DNA from: Cyanidioschyzon merolae
Lineage: Eukaryota
Strand: one strand, 5' to 3'
Length of the DNA: 64,000 nt
Assembly (NCBI GenBank): GCA_000091205.1
Contig: AP006498.2
The position numbers were made by a program, and so were the translations under genes. The notes beneath the pieces were generated by a model. It had not been told where the DNA came from. It saw nothing but the letters and a program-made list of their open reading frames with translations, and made no database searches. Every line of letters begins with the position of its first letter. Position 1 is the first letter of the stretch. Below are positions 1 to 11,685 of the stretch, in pieces.

Positions 1-294
1 CTTTGATGCATACCTCTGGAGCATGATTCGCAGAGGTGTACTTTTTTGCAGGTCGTCGAGGTGGAGCATGTGGCGAGAGCCACATATTTGAGCGACCTCG
101 CACCGGGCGTGATCCAAGACACCATTCGGCTGATGCTCAAGCGTGCCTCGCGTACCCGACATGTCGTTGCTCACCTTCGTGATGCTGGTGTGCTTCTGTG
201 GGTAGCGCACTTGCGCCCGTTTGCGAAGCGTAGCGGACCTTGAGGACAAATGGCACGCTCCAGCAGCCATGCGCTTGCATAGGTCATGCATTCA

Positions 295-767
295 TCATGT
301 GCTGCTTTCCAAAGCAGCACCCAGGGCGGGGTCATCAAACACGTCGTGGAAATCCCAGAACTGTACATTCCAGCGGGGGTGGTAGCGTCGACACCAGCGC
401 TCAAACCCCTGGATATATGCGGGTCGCAGGTGCGCATCCAAAGCGTTCCGGAACGCTACCATGGACTCCTCGATGATCGAGGGGTCCATGAGAATGCTCC
501 CCGACAACGGATCCAGCATCACCTTGACCGGAACATGCTCATAACCCCAGAAAGGCAGTTTCGTCCCGATATCGCCGACCGCTGCCCATCGGAATGAAAA
601 CGGCACATGTCGCTGGAACGCTGCAGCGAAAGCGCGATTCCCGACTCGAGGCGACCCAAAAGTCACACTCATCACCAGATCCGATGACAGACGCAACGAC
701 TGTGAATTCTCAAAACACGTCATATCGAGGGCAGCGATGCTTGCCAGAGCCCCGCCGAGAGAGTGAC
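295..767 (-). CDS. Class-3 (fungal-type, DAGL-like) lipase, terminal exon. Contains the nucleophile elbow GHSLGGALASIAALD and the downstream TFGSPRVGN motif.
   Basis: The minus-strand translation upstream of ORF 295..723 reads ...F*GHSLGGALASIAALDMTCFEN.... The GHSLGG serine elbow therefore lies just 3' of an in-frame stop that ends the 769..2988 ORF. An AG acceptor at plus 768-769 fits an exon starting near 767. Confidence 0.6.
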
Positions 768-768
768 C

Positions 769-847
769 TCAAAAGATCACCGGTTTGTGGTTGCAAGATG
801 CACTATCCAAGGAGTTCATCGCACTACACGGTTGCGCTTCGCTCGCA

Positions 848-879
<32 letters not shown>

Positions 880-2988
880 AGCAGTTTCGCTTCGACACCG
901 CGCTGCGGTCTCTGTACCCGCTAAGCTCAGCTGCTGTTGCTGCTGCCCGTGTTCACAACCGCCATGAATATCCGCACTGGACACCTCGGGAAAGCGGTTC
1001 GATGGTTGCACGCGCCTATCCAGGCTGGTAGCGACACCACAAGTGGCATCGCCGCAGGTGCTGCTCAAGGGCGCGCAAGCCGCATCCACTGCAGTTGGTG
1101 CAGTGCTCGAGGGCTTCGCAACAAGCGGTTTCAGCGTCTCCATTAACTCTTCACGCACGGATAAATAGGCGTGCAAAAATCCACCGTGCACCATTGAAGG
1201 CACTCGTCGCCCTATGAGATACGAAAAATCGTCACCAGCCTGAGCGCGAAAATCACCAAAGCGCAGGGAACGGATCCCGCGTACGCTCAGCATATACTGC
1301 CACCATCGACGATGTGCAAAACGGCCTCCAGGATCCACACCGAGTTCCTGTGACAGGGCATCATCAAGACCGCGCTCTATATCCGAATCGTCCTTGGCAA
1401 AGGCCTCCACTGATGCCTGGTGCTTCCTAGTCGAATCTATTTCGCGCTTGCTATGTGTTGTGGGCGGTATTTGCGAACAAGTCGCAGCCGAGGTGCCGCT
1501 ACGCCCGGCAGCCAAGGCAGTGGTGCTTACAGCATTCGTCGTACGAGGCATTCGAGTTGTACCGTCGACAGTCGCTTTCGCCGGTGACTCCCGCAACGAC
1601 CCGCGTTGACCGTGTTTGCTGCAGGCGCTCAAGCGCCACGTATCCTGTATTTGCGGACATTCACGTGCATGCAGGTGCTCCTCGAGAGGAACCCGTCGGA
1701 CATTCATATCTGTGCGTAAATTTCTGGTGCTTTTGGTACCGCGAAAGCTCACCACAATCCTATCCGCCAAGTCAATGACGAGCACATGTACATCTGTAAC
1801 GGCGCTGGAGCTATGCCGCACGACTCGTGCTTGCAGGGGGTCCATTTCGCCCACACCATAATGACTGAACATCTCTGCATACATATGCGGGTCATGCCAC
1901 GGTCGATAGGACAGGTACGCCATGTTGAAGATCAAAACATGCGTCTCGAGGACAAGTGAGCGCGAGAGCCAGCTGTCTCCATTTCGCAGTGCTTCCTGCT
2001 CTGTCTGGTAGTAGAGGTTTGCTTTGCGCAGCTCTCGCTCTGCATCCAGTGCGTCCGCTGGCCACGGTGCCGCCTGGCTGGCGCTGTGCGCGGACAACTC
2101 CCACTCGGAGGAAACGCTCCTTTGTGGGGCTCGCTTTTCTTGATATGCAGCTGGGTCCGGAGCCAGCGCAACGATCCAGGGCAGCCAAACACCCAGCACT
2201 GTCGGAGGTAAATGCACATAGAGCAGGAGCACCGACCATGTAAAGAGCATCGCGAAGGCACCACCATTGAATCGTGCAATACCCAGCAACCGCAACGGTA
2301 CGCCATCGAGGGACGCGTTCGCGCCGGGTAATGGTACCAGGCCCACTGCGATGGTATCGTTTGCAATCAGGAATATATAGGATATCGCAGTAAAGACACG
2401 GTAGAAACGAGCACCCATTTGTTTGTGATGACAACAGGTATACGGCAGCTGCTGGAGCACTCGGAAGGTGCGGTAGAGCTCCATGGCAATCCAGCCATCG
2501 AGGAAAATGCGCATGGTAACCACGAGCGCAAACGTAAGCGAGTAGGCCACTTGTTGTTGGTGTCCACGCATAGCAAACTGAACCAACATGCCCGGCCAGG
2601 TGAGTCCTAACGTCGTTCGAGACCAGCCGCAAATGGCTGTCTCCACGGCGGCGATGATCAAACAGAGACCAAATACCACGCGGTTTCGTTCTAGAAACGT
2701 GTGGCGATCCTTAATATCACGATAGAGTCGTAGAATAGCCATGGCGTGTCCATAAAAACCAAATATCCAGAACCATTGCCAGACCAGGTCGGAGACATAG
2801 AGAATGGCGATCGTGGTGCCGCTCGCTTCTCCGATATCGTTCGTGCAATATTGCCTATCATATTCATCGTAAAGAAAATAAATAGACCTTGTAGGAAGCA
2901 GCTGCGCATTTCGAAGGTGCAACGGATCCATCCATACCGATAGAGACGCAAAAAGTAGACGATCGTGAAAGTAAGCTGGAGCACGCAA
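769..2988 (-). CDS. Class-3 lipase gene, main exon(s). Hydrophobic multi-TM N-terminal region followed by the lipase_3 motifs VVSFRGTKS and VHGGFLHAYLSVREEL. The 3' part (about 769-1050, which contains a (CTG)n run and encodes poly-Q/poly-A) is probably intronic.
   Basis: The VxFRGT and VHxGF motifs are spaced as in lipase_3. The GHSLGG motif expected about 25 aa later appears only after an in-frame stop at 769, which implies an intron from about 768 to about 1050. The ORF track start at 2988 is a TTG, not an ATG. Confidence 0.6.
849..886. repeat. (CTG)n microsatellite of about 12 units, lying inside the predicted lipase intron.
   Basis: Direct read: gctgctgctg... at 851-886. Confidence 0.9.
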
Positions 2989-3353
2989 AAGCAGTACACG
3001 ACGACGCGGTCAACGAGGTTGAGTGCCGGGAGTGCCGCTTCGAAACGGCGTGCAAACAGACTCATTGCTAGCGTGTAGGTGACGGAGAGCACGATTGCAC
3101 TGCATAAGTTGAGAGTTTGCCAAGTTACCTGCTTCGAGGATAGCGTCTCAAGGAGGAACTTGGCTTCCTTTGGATCGCTTCGAATCTGTGGTGGAGCAAA
3201 GAAACTCGACAAACGACTGCGGTGACGTGCACTGCTTCGACGTGTGCGCGTGCCTCGTTCCTGTCCATTGATGAGTTCGCTGCTGCCTCTTAGCGTGCTG
3301 TCTCCAAATGTCTCCGACTCGAACGAGGAGACGGAGGTACCACGATCAGCCAT
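2691..3353 (-). CDS. Probable 5' exon of the same transmembrane lipase gene. It starts at the first ATG (MADRGTSVSS...) and contains further TM-like segments. It joins the downstream frame through an unresolved short intron or frameshift near 2850-2950.
   Basis: ORF 2691..3368 is in a different frame from 769..2988 but is contiguous and hydrophobic. The 769..2988 ORF lacks an ATG start. Confidence 0.35.
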   Translation of the reverse strand: MADRGTSVSSFESETFGDSTLRGSSELINGQERGTRTRRSSARHRSRLSSFFAPPQIRSDPKEAKFLLETLSSKQVTWQTLNLCSAIVLSVTYTLAMSLFARRFEAALPALNLVDRVVVYCFCVLQLTFTIVYFLRLYRYGWIRCTFEMRSCFLQGLFIFFTMNMIGNIARTISEKRAAPRSPFSMSPTWSGNGSGYLVFMDTPWLFYDSIVILRIATRF

Positions 3354-4865
3354 GAGGGCAGCGTGCAAGCAGAATTAGAGTTGCATATTGTTCGGTACCC
3401 GTGCACTGCGGTGCAGAGTATACGGACCACGAAGCATGAATATGGCAAAGAAGGTTCGTTTTTATGTACGGAGCGGTGCGTATGCGCATCCGCTCACACA
3501 CGTTCACAAGCCCCAAGTCGGATAGCTGAGGATTCCCAAACTGCACTGTACTGCACTGCCGTTCTTGGTCGTTCGAATTCTCTCCATCCAGAAACGCATC
3601 CCATACGGACGCTCGAGACGCTCTCTGCTCACCAGCGCAACTCCATGAGGCTCCATTCCTGCTATGCGTATTCGTATGCTATGTTGATGTGTATAGCAGA
3701 AGGTCGAGATGTAGAAGCAATGTGCTGTATAGATCGTAGTCGAATAGAATGTTAGATACATATTCTCTACTGAACAGTGCAAGGAGGACTGCATTCCTCG
3801 TTCAGGTACGGTTCACCACAGTATTCAGATGGACGAGGAGCACTGGACGGAAGACGTATATGCGCGCGGTGCCGATAACCGACATTTTCAGAGACTGCGT
3901 GCAGTCAATGGTAGCAAACCGCAACCCGTTGATCACTTTATGGGAATCAAAAGCGACGATAGTGGACACCAAGGGCGTCCCTGTTTCTCACCAGCTTGTT
4001 CGTTTAGTGCTAAAAACACTGGGATAGAGTCGCAAAAGAAATGTCCGATTTCACCCGTGGCCATCTTCCACCGAAATCGCAGCGGCAGCATTCCCAGTCC
4101 GTTGCGCTCGGTATGAAGCGCAGGAGAGTCGGTTTGTTTTCCCGATTCTAGCGCGGAGTAGAGCTGGTTTCCATTCCCCCGTAAATTCCAAGGTTGAAAC
4201 CCATTGAAAGAGTGTTTTCTATTGTGGAAAGTAATGATCGCTCCGCTGGGCGAGTAAGTAGATCGTTCAGCAAACGGTGACACACCGCGGCGCATGTTGC
4301 CGATCTTCCGCAAGTCCTTCTCGCTTCGGGAAGGTCCTCAACTGACGGCCATCAGGGAGTGCGTTCATTTCCACCAGTAGAAATCCATGGGGAGGTATGA
4401 ACATGCAGGTCGGGGGTCCTTGAGGATTGCCATCGTCCCGTCTGTTAAACACCGTTTCTCGTTTATCTCCAGTCTTCTTCCGTTTCTTCGTCACCTGCTC
4501 TTCTTCGCTCGACGGTAGCTTCGAACAAGAAAATTTCGTTTGTTACTCGAACCTGGCGACACCGGGCTTCCAAAATCCCTAGTTGCACATCCATCGCCTT
4601 CAGCTGGATATTTTATTTTCTGAAATGAACCCAATTTCAACGCGTCTACTACAGAACGCAAAAAGGCATGTCACTAGGCGCACCTGCAGTTGGAACCGGA
4701 CTGCGTTGAGATGCTGAATAGGCGGCTTCGCATCGCTTGGGTGCGCGGCGCTGCCGTACTCGTACGTCACAAGGCAGAAAGACTGCGGACGACGCCCGAA
4801 ACATGCGACTGGAATCAAAATCTGGTGCCTTGTAACCGACTCGTAGGTATCGTGTAGCCTGGTTC

Positions 4866-6584
4866 ATGGCCCATAAACAGAAAGCTGGGTGTATTTCCGT
4901 GCTGAAGCGCGGTGTGGAAGCCGAGTTCGCAAAGCTCTTCCACGACGGCGACCTGGAAGCAGCCCGAACCGAGTTGAACGAGTCCGTTCGCGACCTCATC
5001 GTCTGGGAGCGTAACACCGTCTGGCGAGATATGTTGCTCCAGGAGCGTCGGCTTCGAGACACGCACGCCAAGCGAAGCGGCACCCGCGACTCGCCGTTTC
5101 GGGCGTTTCGAGTGGTTCCATTTCTCGTGGCGGTGGTGCTCTTTCTGGGCGTCCTCTTTGCACCGGCATCGCAGTTTATGTTTCTGCAGCGGGCGCTGGA
5201 AGAACGGGAAAATCAGGGTCACCCGATATCGGCAGCTGCCGCAGCTGCACGGAACGCAGCCGCCCAACGCTGCCTCGCGCTGGTCACGTTCGCGTCGGTA
5301 CTCTGGGCCACAGAGGCAGTGCCGCTATTCGTCACCTCGTTGGCAATGCCACTGCTTGCAGTCATTCTACGCGTATTCCTCGACGAGAAAGGTGAGCGGA
5401 CACTCGGACCGACCGAGGCTGCTCACAAGTCCATCACATCCATGAGCAGTCCCGTGCTCCTGCTCATTCTTGGCGGTTACAGTATTTCGGGAGCGCTCAG
5501 CAAGCATGCCATCGACAAGGCGGTAGCGATTGCAGTTTTGCGCCATGCGCGACGACCTCCAGAACTGCTGCTATTACTGATGCTTTTAGCGGTTTTCTTA
5601 TCGATGCTGGTATCGAATGTGGCGGCACCGGTATTGACGGTCGGTATTGTGACACCACTGCTACGCAGCTTGCCACCAGGGACTCCCTTTATCAAGTGTG
5701 CGCTGCTCGGTGTCGCCGCAGCTTGTAACGTAGGCGGCATGACCTCGCCGATCGCGTCTCCGCAGAATGCGATCGCGTTGGATGCCCTGCGCGGTGCCGC
5801 GTCCATCTCTTTTCGCCAATGGGTAGCGATAGCGCTGCCGCTTGCTCTGGTTACCGTATTTGTGATGCATGCGTACTTAATCGTTCGTTTTGGACGCGGC
5901 CCGATGCAAGCGTTTCCACTGATTCCTATGCATAGTCCGCTGAAATGGAAGGATACTGGGATGGCGCACTTGGTTGTCATTCTGACGGTTCTGGTCACTG
6001 TGGCGCTCTGGAGCAGCAAAACTGTTTCGGATCGATTCGGTGGGGACGGCATTGTTGCCCTCGTACCTGTGGTGGTGTTCATGGGCACTGGTCTTTTGAG
6101 CAAGGAGGATTTCAATGCGCTACCTTTTAATGTTATCTATTTGGTGTCCGGCGGCGTCGTGATGGGCGCTGCCGTTCGATCCAGCCGCTTGCTGGAGCTC
6201 GTGGCCGCATCCGTGCATTCCGCAGTGGTTGGCGCCGGCCTCTACAAGACCTATCTGACCTTTATGCTGATGACACTTCTTGTGGCGTGCATTATGAGCC
6301 ACACGGTTTCCAGTATCATTCTGAGTCCCGTTTTAGCCGAGCTTGGCGCAGCGCTTGGTCATCCACGGCTCATGGTGCTGGGAGGTGCACTGGCGTGTTC
6401 CTGTGCAATGGCACTGCCCGTGTCAAGCTTCCCGAACATGGCCGTGATCAGCGTCGAAGATGAGCTCGGGAATCCTTATTTAAGTGCTCGCGATTTCGTA
6501 TGGGTAGGCTTTCCTCTGACGTTGCTCGCGGGCGCAGCACTGGCGAGTCTCGGCTATGTGCTTTCGTTTTACGCTGGCCTGTGA
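4866..6584 (+). CDS. Anion permease of the ArsB/NhaD-DASS (SLC13-like) superfamily, 572 aa.
   Basis: ATG at 4866. About 12 hydrophobic segments. The family-typical motif [24 protein letters not shown] and an SPxxSPQN hairpin motif ([16 protein letters not shown]) are present. Confidence 0.6.
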   Translation: MAHKQKAGCISVLKRGVEAEFAKLFHDGDLEAARTELNESVRDLIVWERNTVWRDMLLQERRLRDTHAKRSGTRDSPFRAFRVVPFLVAVVLFLGVLFAPASQFMFLQRALEERENQGHPISAAAAAARNAAAQRCLALVTFASVLWATEAVPLFVTSLAMPLLAVILRVFLDEKGERTLGPTEAAHKSITSMSSPVLLLILGGYSISGALSKHAIDKAVAIAVLRHARRPPELLLLLMLLAVFLSMLVSNVAAPVLTVGIVTPLLRSLPPGTPFIKCALLGVAAACNVGGMTSPIASPQNAIALDALRGAASISFRQWVAIALPLALVTVFVMHAYLIVRFGRGPMQAFPLIPMHSPLKWKDTGMAHLVVILTVLVTVALWSSKTVSDRFGGDGIVALVPVVVFMGTGLLSKEDFNALPFNVIYLVSGGVVMGAAVRSSRLLELVAASVHSAVVGAGLYKTYLTFMLMTLLVACIMSHTVSSIILSPVLAELGAALGHPRLMVLGGALACSCAMALPVSSFPNMAVISVEDELGNPYLSARDFVWVGFPLTLLAGAALASLGYVLSFYAGL

Positions 6585-6619
6585 GCGCCACGACCAGCTC
6601 GCTATCCTGCATATGCTGC

Positions 6620-7367
6620 GTTGCAGGATCCGCCTGATCTTTTTCTGCACGATTCGTCACGGGCGATATCGAATACGGACCAGGACGATCCGCTTTCAAG
6701 CGCCGATAGTGTACACACATGGCTACGCCATCGGCTTCGATCATCCCAGTGAATACCTTTTGCTTGCTGGCTTTGAGACGCTTGAAGTCGAAGATATTCA
6801 TCCAGTGCGTCTCCCCGTTTTCACCGGTGAACTCCTCCGTGCTGACATCGAACTCCGGGCTGATCTCTCTCATGATCCCGTAAAGGACGCCGGAGTCGAT
6901 TGTCACAAAATGTGACTTGATGTTGCACAACGGAACGACGTTGAAGCGCTTACCCATTAGGAAAGCATCCCGTCTCTCCGACTTTTCATTTTTTCCCCGA
7001 CTCAGCTGCTCTTCGGCGTTGCGTTCGAGTTCTCGGTTCCGAAACAAGAAACAGCTTAGGATGACGGGATAACATCTTTTTTTCATTTCTGATACATTTT
7101 CTACGGGATTGACTGGCCCAAAACTGCACGGTGCTCCTGTATAGCCGCACGGATTACAGAAGCTTCATTTGTGCTGCTGTGTGACGTCTTCTTGTCGACG
7201 AATTCGATCTCCTGTCCACTCTGGCGATCGTTCGTGATACAATTGATGATGCCCCACATCCCTTTGCGCGAGATGCCCGGGTAGAGCGCAAAGATAGATC
7301 GTACCACGAAGCGTTCGAGGTTCACGGTCAGATGGTTCTTCAGGTTCGTCAGGTACTTCATGGGCAC
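6620..7367 (-). pseudogene. Truncated Fanzor-like ORF fragments of copy 1 (ORF A 7101..7367 and ORF B 6620..7086). The RuvC domains are missing.
   Basis: The proteins are about 93% identical to the copy 2 ORFs 26371..26637 and 25244..26356. Similarity ends before the GADPEN RuvC-I block. Confidence 0.7.
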
Positions 7368-8768
7368 TTAGAACTAAATATTCGAGTCATGCCTGTATCG
7401 AGTACCGTTGAAGCGGTACTTGGGGCATTTTTCGTGGAGGGCATATACTCGCGCATTTCGCTTCTACGCTTCCCCCGTGCCAAACATCAAGTGACGAATA
7501 AAGGTCTTGTCGAAAAATTCTTCCGGAACCTCTTCTGTTTCCATGCCCGTCACGTCGCGATACATATCCCTCGCGATATGCATCAGTCCTACGGCAGCGT
7601 CTCATACACTCATAGAGTGCGCCTCGAAACGGGTTCTGATGGCCTCTTGGGGCTTTTCCCTGTGCGGTTCTTTGATGTGTTTCAGAAGACAGGCTTTCAC
7701 CAGCATCTCGTAATATGATCGTCTTTCTCGCATCCATTGACGTCGGGCATCCCGCTGTCGCTTCTTCGACCTGTCTCGTTCCGCTTTGCTCGGCTCTGGT
7801 TTTCATTTTTCTCCGGCAGCCGGCGACGCCGGGCCTCCAGCATCCTCCACTTCCATTTCCATTACTTTCCATTGCTATGATAAGAATGCACTTTGGAAGC
7901 GTCTACTGTAAACTACGAAAAATCACTTGACTAGAGTACTGTAAGGGCTGAAACACGAATGAATCGCAAGACTATACTTTGCTATGACGTCAACGCAAAT
8001 ACGACTTGAACCTAAAGTACAACAACAAGTTAGCGAATGATCAGGATCGCAATTCCCTTCAAAAGCGAGATACGCGTCGAGTCTGATGCCTTCCAGACAC
8101 AGACGTGAGCGTAACGACAGCATTAAATGGAACAAAGAATAGAAACTCACTACTAACTAGCAATCCGATAGGAATTTCGTTTCCCACTACGATCGACGTT
8201 AAAAGGGGGAAAAGCTTGCCGTATCTTCGAAGGTTGATCTTCGAGGTGGAAAGTCTCGCGAGCCGGACGAATCCCCAGTGCTTGTGCTTCGTGCTCCACC
8301 CAGAGTCAGGTGATTTGGCGAGATCTGAGCAACTAATCCACAACGCAGTTTATTCTCGAACTAGGGGCAGTTGATGTGCCTCTGGGCGTCGCCCTGGTCG
8401 CAGTGGACTCTTAGTATATTGCTGCGCGCTGCCGCAGACAGACGTACTGTCTGCGCAGCTTGCGGACTCCCAGAATGATGATGTACGCCGACTCCGTGTC
8501 GATTGCAACACATCTCGAGCCGACGCCCTCAGTGGTACGGAAAAACCGTTCTGTCTCCGTGCAGCACCCGCTTCAGCGGTATAAGCGCTACGGCGAGTGC
8601 TCACGGCAGGCAGTCGTCGCAGGATAGAACATACGAAACGACCAGCGTATCCCAGAGGAATTGTAAGTAATGGAACCTGGAAGTAGGGTGCAGCATGGTG
8701 GACGATCACATGAATCTTAAAGCCCATCCCGGATTTCGGACTCCTTGGTCCATGGAAACGTTTTGTCA
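6620..8768 (-). mobile_element. Fanzor/TnpB-like nuclease element, copy 1. It is 3'-truncated and keeps only the 5' module, the leader and the N-terminal half of the ORF. It abuts the stop codon of the transporter gene.
   Basis: Region 6620-8093 is about 97% identical to 25880-27350 of copy 2. Region 8093-8768 is homologous to the 5' module of the other copies (same GAGATCTGAGCAAC and ATGGAAC.TGGA blocks). Homology stops about 35 bp after the transporter stop at 6584. The 5' motif block ATAGCGCGGTCGATAC... is deleted. Confidence 0.7.
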
Positions 8769-8824
8769 TCATAAGAGCAGGAAATCGCTGACAGCGTTGA
8801 CGTAGCAGGCGCCACGCACGTGCA

Positions 8825-11197
8825 ATGCCGCTCGAGCGCGCCTGCAGCGCTTCTCCCGGTGCACAGGATGCGCTGGCGGATGCTCCAGCTCGTGTGCGAC
8901 TAGCTGGGAACGCTGCAGGTACGTCTAGACAGGCTCTTCTGCGAAGAGTTATGCCAGAGACTACCCGTTTATTTCGCGTAAAGCAGAGGTCTTGTGGTGC
9001 GAATTCGCTACCTTGTATCTTGCGCTCGTCACCGATAACGTTTGTTTTTCTACAGAGCGGCGGCGCTTTAACACAGGGAACTGCTCGCTCTGCGGGCGCT
9101 CGTGTAGCGTTCCGGCTCAGAGCGCGTGCCGCTCTGTCATCGCTTGCACAACCAGCGCGCCTTGCATGGACGTGCGCTGGGCAAAAACAGGTCCAGTTTC
9201 AAGCTACGTGCTCGCGAGTCGGGTTTCTGGGTCGGTTTCCGTCACGCAAGGCGATCTCGCAAGCAGCGCGTCGGTGCAGCAGGTTACGTATGGCGGGCGT
9301 TAGCGCTGACGGCCAAGCGCGCTTGCAGAGTCGACGCGAGCGTGCCATAGCCCTGCTCAAGCGGCTCAAAGAACTCGCGGTTCCGTTCTGGACCGAGCCG
9401 AGCAGTCGCAACGCCGCGTGGCGGTGGACACTGGGAACACTGGCGCTGGCGTTCGTCTGCACCCTCTATGCCGTTTCGTTGTCGTTCATTCAGCGCTTCT
9501 TCTGGAACGCGTTGAACGCGAAGGATGCGGTGAAGTATCAAAAATTCTTGGTTCTCTACGTTGCGGCACTCATCGCAGGGCCCCCGTTTCTGACGCTGTT
9601 CGAGTGGATGAGACAACGAACCGCCCTGGTGTGGCGTCGCTTCCTCACCGAGCGCCTTCTCGGCGGATACTTCCATGACCGCAAGTATTATACAATCAAT
9701 ATTCTGCGATTACAGAACAATGAGACCGTTCATGCAACGCCAGCGACGTCCGCAGGTGGCGTTCGTGTCGTGCAAGATGCTCTCGATAACGTCGACCAGC
9801 GAATTAGCGAGGACATTCGCGCGTTTACGGAACGTGCCGTTGGATTCGGATGCACCGTGGTGATCGCATTATTTGACTTTTTACTGTTCAGCGTGATTTT
9901 GTTCCGCATCCGCGCACAGCTGTTTCTGCTGCTTGTGCTGTACTCGACCATTGGGACGGCGGTGACGTTGTGGCTAGGCGGCCGACTCGTGCACCTGAAT
10001 TTCGCCCAGCTCCGACGAGAAGCAGATTTTCGGTACGCGCTTGTTCGCGTTAGAGAGAATGCCGAGTCGATCGCGTTCTACGGCGGCGAGGAACAGGAGC
10101 AGCGCGCAGTCTCGCGTCGGTTCCGGGCCCTCTTCGACAATATGATCCAACTGCTGCGATGGCAACGGAACGTGACCTTTGCAACGACCTGGTATCGCTA
10201 TCTGATCCAGGTGGTACCCGCTCTGGTCGTCAGTAGGGACTACTTTTCTGGTCGCATACCGCTAGGTGCATTGAGCCAAGCGTTTTTCAGCTACAATCAT
10301 GTGCTGAACGACTTGTCCCTGGTTGTGAATGAATTCGTCGGCCTTTCTGCGTTCGCTGCCGCAGTGAATCGGCTCTATGAATTGCACTGCGCTGTGGAGC
10401 CGCGGCTGCTCGCTGGTCAGCGCCACGAGCGAGACGCCGGGTCACAGGCCGACACGGAAGGCATCGTGACGCTGACAGGGAACGGCACGGCTGCTGGCGT
10501 CAAGCCAGCAGCTTTGCGTCTGGAGAAGCTGACGATCTACACACCCGAAGGCCGACGGCGGCTCGTTGACCAGCTGGATCTCATGCTTGAGGATGGCGCA
10601 CGCATCTTGCTCATGGGTGAGAGCGGCGTGGGCAAGTCGTCCACGGTGCGGGCAATCGCCGGCCTCTGGAAACGGGGCAGCGGCGTCGTGTACCGGCGCC
10701 CGCATCCGCGGAATACGCTTTTCGTTCCCCAGCGGCCGTATTTGATGTTGGGCACCCTCCGCGAGAATCTCTTTTATCCGCTGCATGGAGAGGATGCGGC
10801 CAACGTTGATGAGAAGACGATTCGGAACGTTCTGGTGCGCGTCAACCTGCCCGACCTTGTAGATCGATTAGGCGGACTCGACGTCGAAGCCGACTTTGCC
10901 GCCATTCTTTCGCTTGGCGAGCAACAACGGCTTGCATTTGCGCGCCTTTTACTGCAGCCGGAGCCTGTGCAGCTTGCGATTTTGGATGAATCAACCAGTG
11001 GCTTGGATGTCGAAAACGAACGCCGTCTCTATGAGCTCTTGCGGGAGATGGGTATTAGCGTGTTGAGTGTTGGGAATCGGCCGACGCTCATCCGGTACCA
11101 CAATCAAGTTATCCGGCTTTTTGCCAATGGCAGTTGGCAAATCGAATCGCCATCAGAGGCGGTAGAGCACCTCCTCGGCAGCAGCTTGCTTGATTAG
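8825..11197 (+). CDS. ABC transporter subfamily D (peroxisomal ALDP/PMP70-type half-transporter). The probable true start is the ATG at 9290 (MAGVSADGQ...).
   Basis: TMD followed by NBD architecture. The ABCD-diagnostic NAESIAFYGGEEQE (EAA-like) motif is present, along with Walker A GESGVGKSS, signature LSLGEQQRLAFARLL and Walker B ILDESTSGLD. The first about 155 aa of the ORF are low-complexity and overlap the mobile-element module. Confidence 0.8.
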   Translation: MPLERACSASPGAQDALADAPARVRLAGNAAGTSRQALLRRVMPETTRLFRVKQRSCGANSLPCILRSSPITFVFLQSGGALTQGTARSAGARVAFRLRARAALSSLAQPARLAWTCAGQKQVQFQATCSRVGFLGRFPSRKAISQAARRCSRLRMAGVSADGQARLQSRRERAIALLKRLKELAVPFWTEPSSRNAAWRWTLGTLALAFVCTLYAVSLSFIQRFFWNALNAKDAVKYQKFLVLYVAALIAGPPFLTLFEWMRQRTALVWRRFLTERLLGGYFHDRKYYTINILRLQNNETVHATPATSAGGVRVVQDALDNVDQRISEDIRAFTERAVGFGCTVVIALFDFLLFSVILFRIRAQLFLLLVLYSTIGTAVTLWLGGRLVHLNFAQLRREADFRYALVRVRENAESIAFYGGEEQEQRAVSRRFRALFDNMIQLLRWQRNVTFATTWYRYLIQVVPALVVSRDYFSGRIPLGALSQAFFSYNHVLNDLSLVVNEFVGLSAFAAAVNRLYELHCAVEPRLLAGQRHERDAGSQADTEGIVTLTGNGTAAGVKPAALRLEKLTIYTPEGRRRLVDQLDLMLEDGARILLMGESGVGKSSTVRAIAGLWKRGSGVVYRRPHPRNTLFVPQRPYLMLGTLRENLFYPLHGEDAANVDEKTIRNVLVRVNLPDLVDRLGGLDVEADFAAILSLGEQQRLAFARLLLQPEPVQLAILDESTSGLDVENERRLYELLREMGISVLSVGNRPTLIRYHNQVIRLFANGSWQIESPSEAVEHLLGSSLLD

Positions 11198-11685
11198 AGC
11201 CAACACCGGCTCGCCTGGCTTTTGCGAGTGTTTCTGGAGCGTATGCCGCAGCACGAACTGCGCTGTCGTCTGAGCACTGAAGCCGCAAAGCACGAAGGCT
11301 AGTCGTGCGCGTCTCGGCCTGGGCGCTGGGTTCGTTTGGCGCAAAGCTCTAAGGATGCTTTGCGCAAGACCAAGCGAGTTTTCGTTATATGAACGCGGGT
11401 CGTCAGCTGTGCACACCAGTTACACCCGTGCTTCGTACCCAGTGACATAAAGCTATCGCTGGCGCCGCGCGGAGCGAAGAAAATTACCAGACGCGATGGC
11501 TCGTTGGTTGCAAACCAAGGCGCCCCGCACGCAGTTCCGGTGCTCTTACCAGCAGGCTATGTGGCACCCGCGCAGTTCGTGTGAACGCCGCTCGGGCAGG
11601 TTGCGCTGGGCGCCGAGCGCTGGCCACACCATGGGACGCAAGGCAGCTGCTGCGGTAGCGAGGCATCACCCACCGGCTATGGAGC

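Noticed and set aside
1892-2632. Long antisense or alternative-frame ORFs overlapping annotated genes (e.g. 1892..2632-, 5477..6115-, 9284..9676-, 12758..13327-, 13400..14032-, 55908..56225-, 41909..42217-).
   Set aside because: The DNA is GC-rich, so stop codons are rare in all frames. These ORFs have no motif content, biased low-complexity composition (Arg/Ala/Ser-rich), and overlap genes that have strong homology on the other strand or frame.
7332-7718. Antisense 128-codon ORF conserved between copies 1 and 2 (7332..7718+ and 26602..26988+), considered as a second element-encoded protein.
   Set aside because: Conservation is trivial at 97% nucleotide identity. In copy 3 the corresponding antisense frame is only a 100-codon fragment with little similarity. 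There is no recognisable domain.
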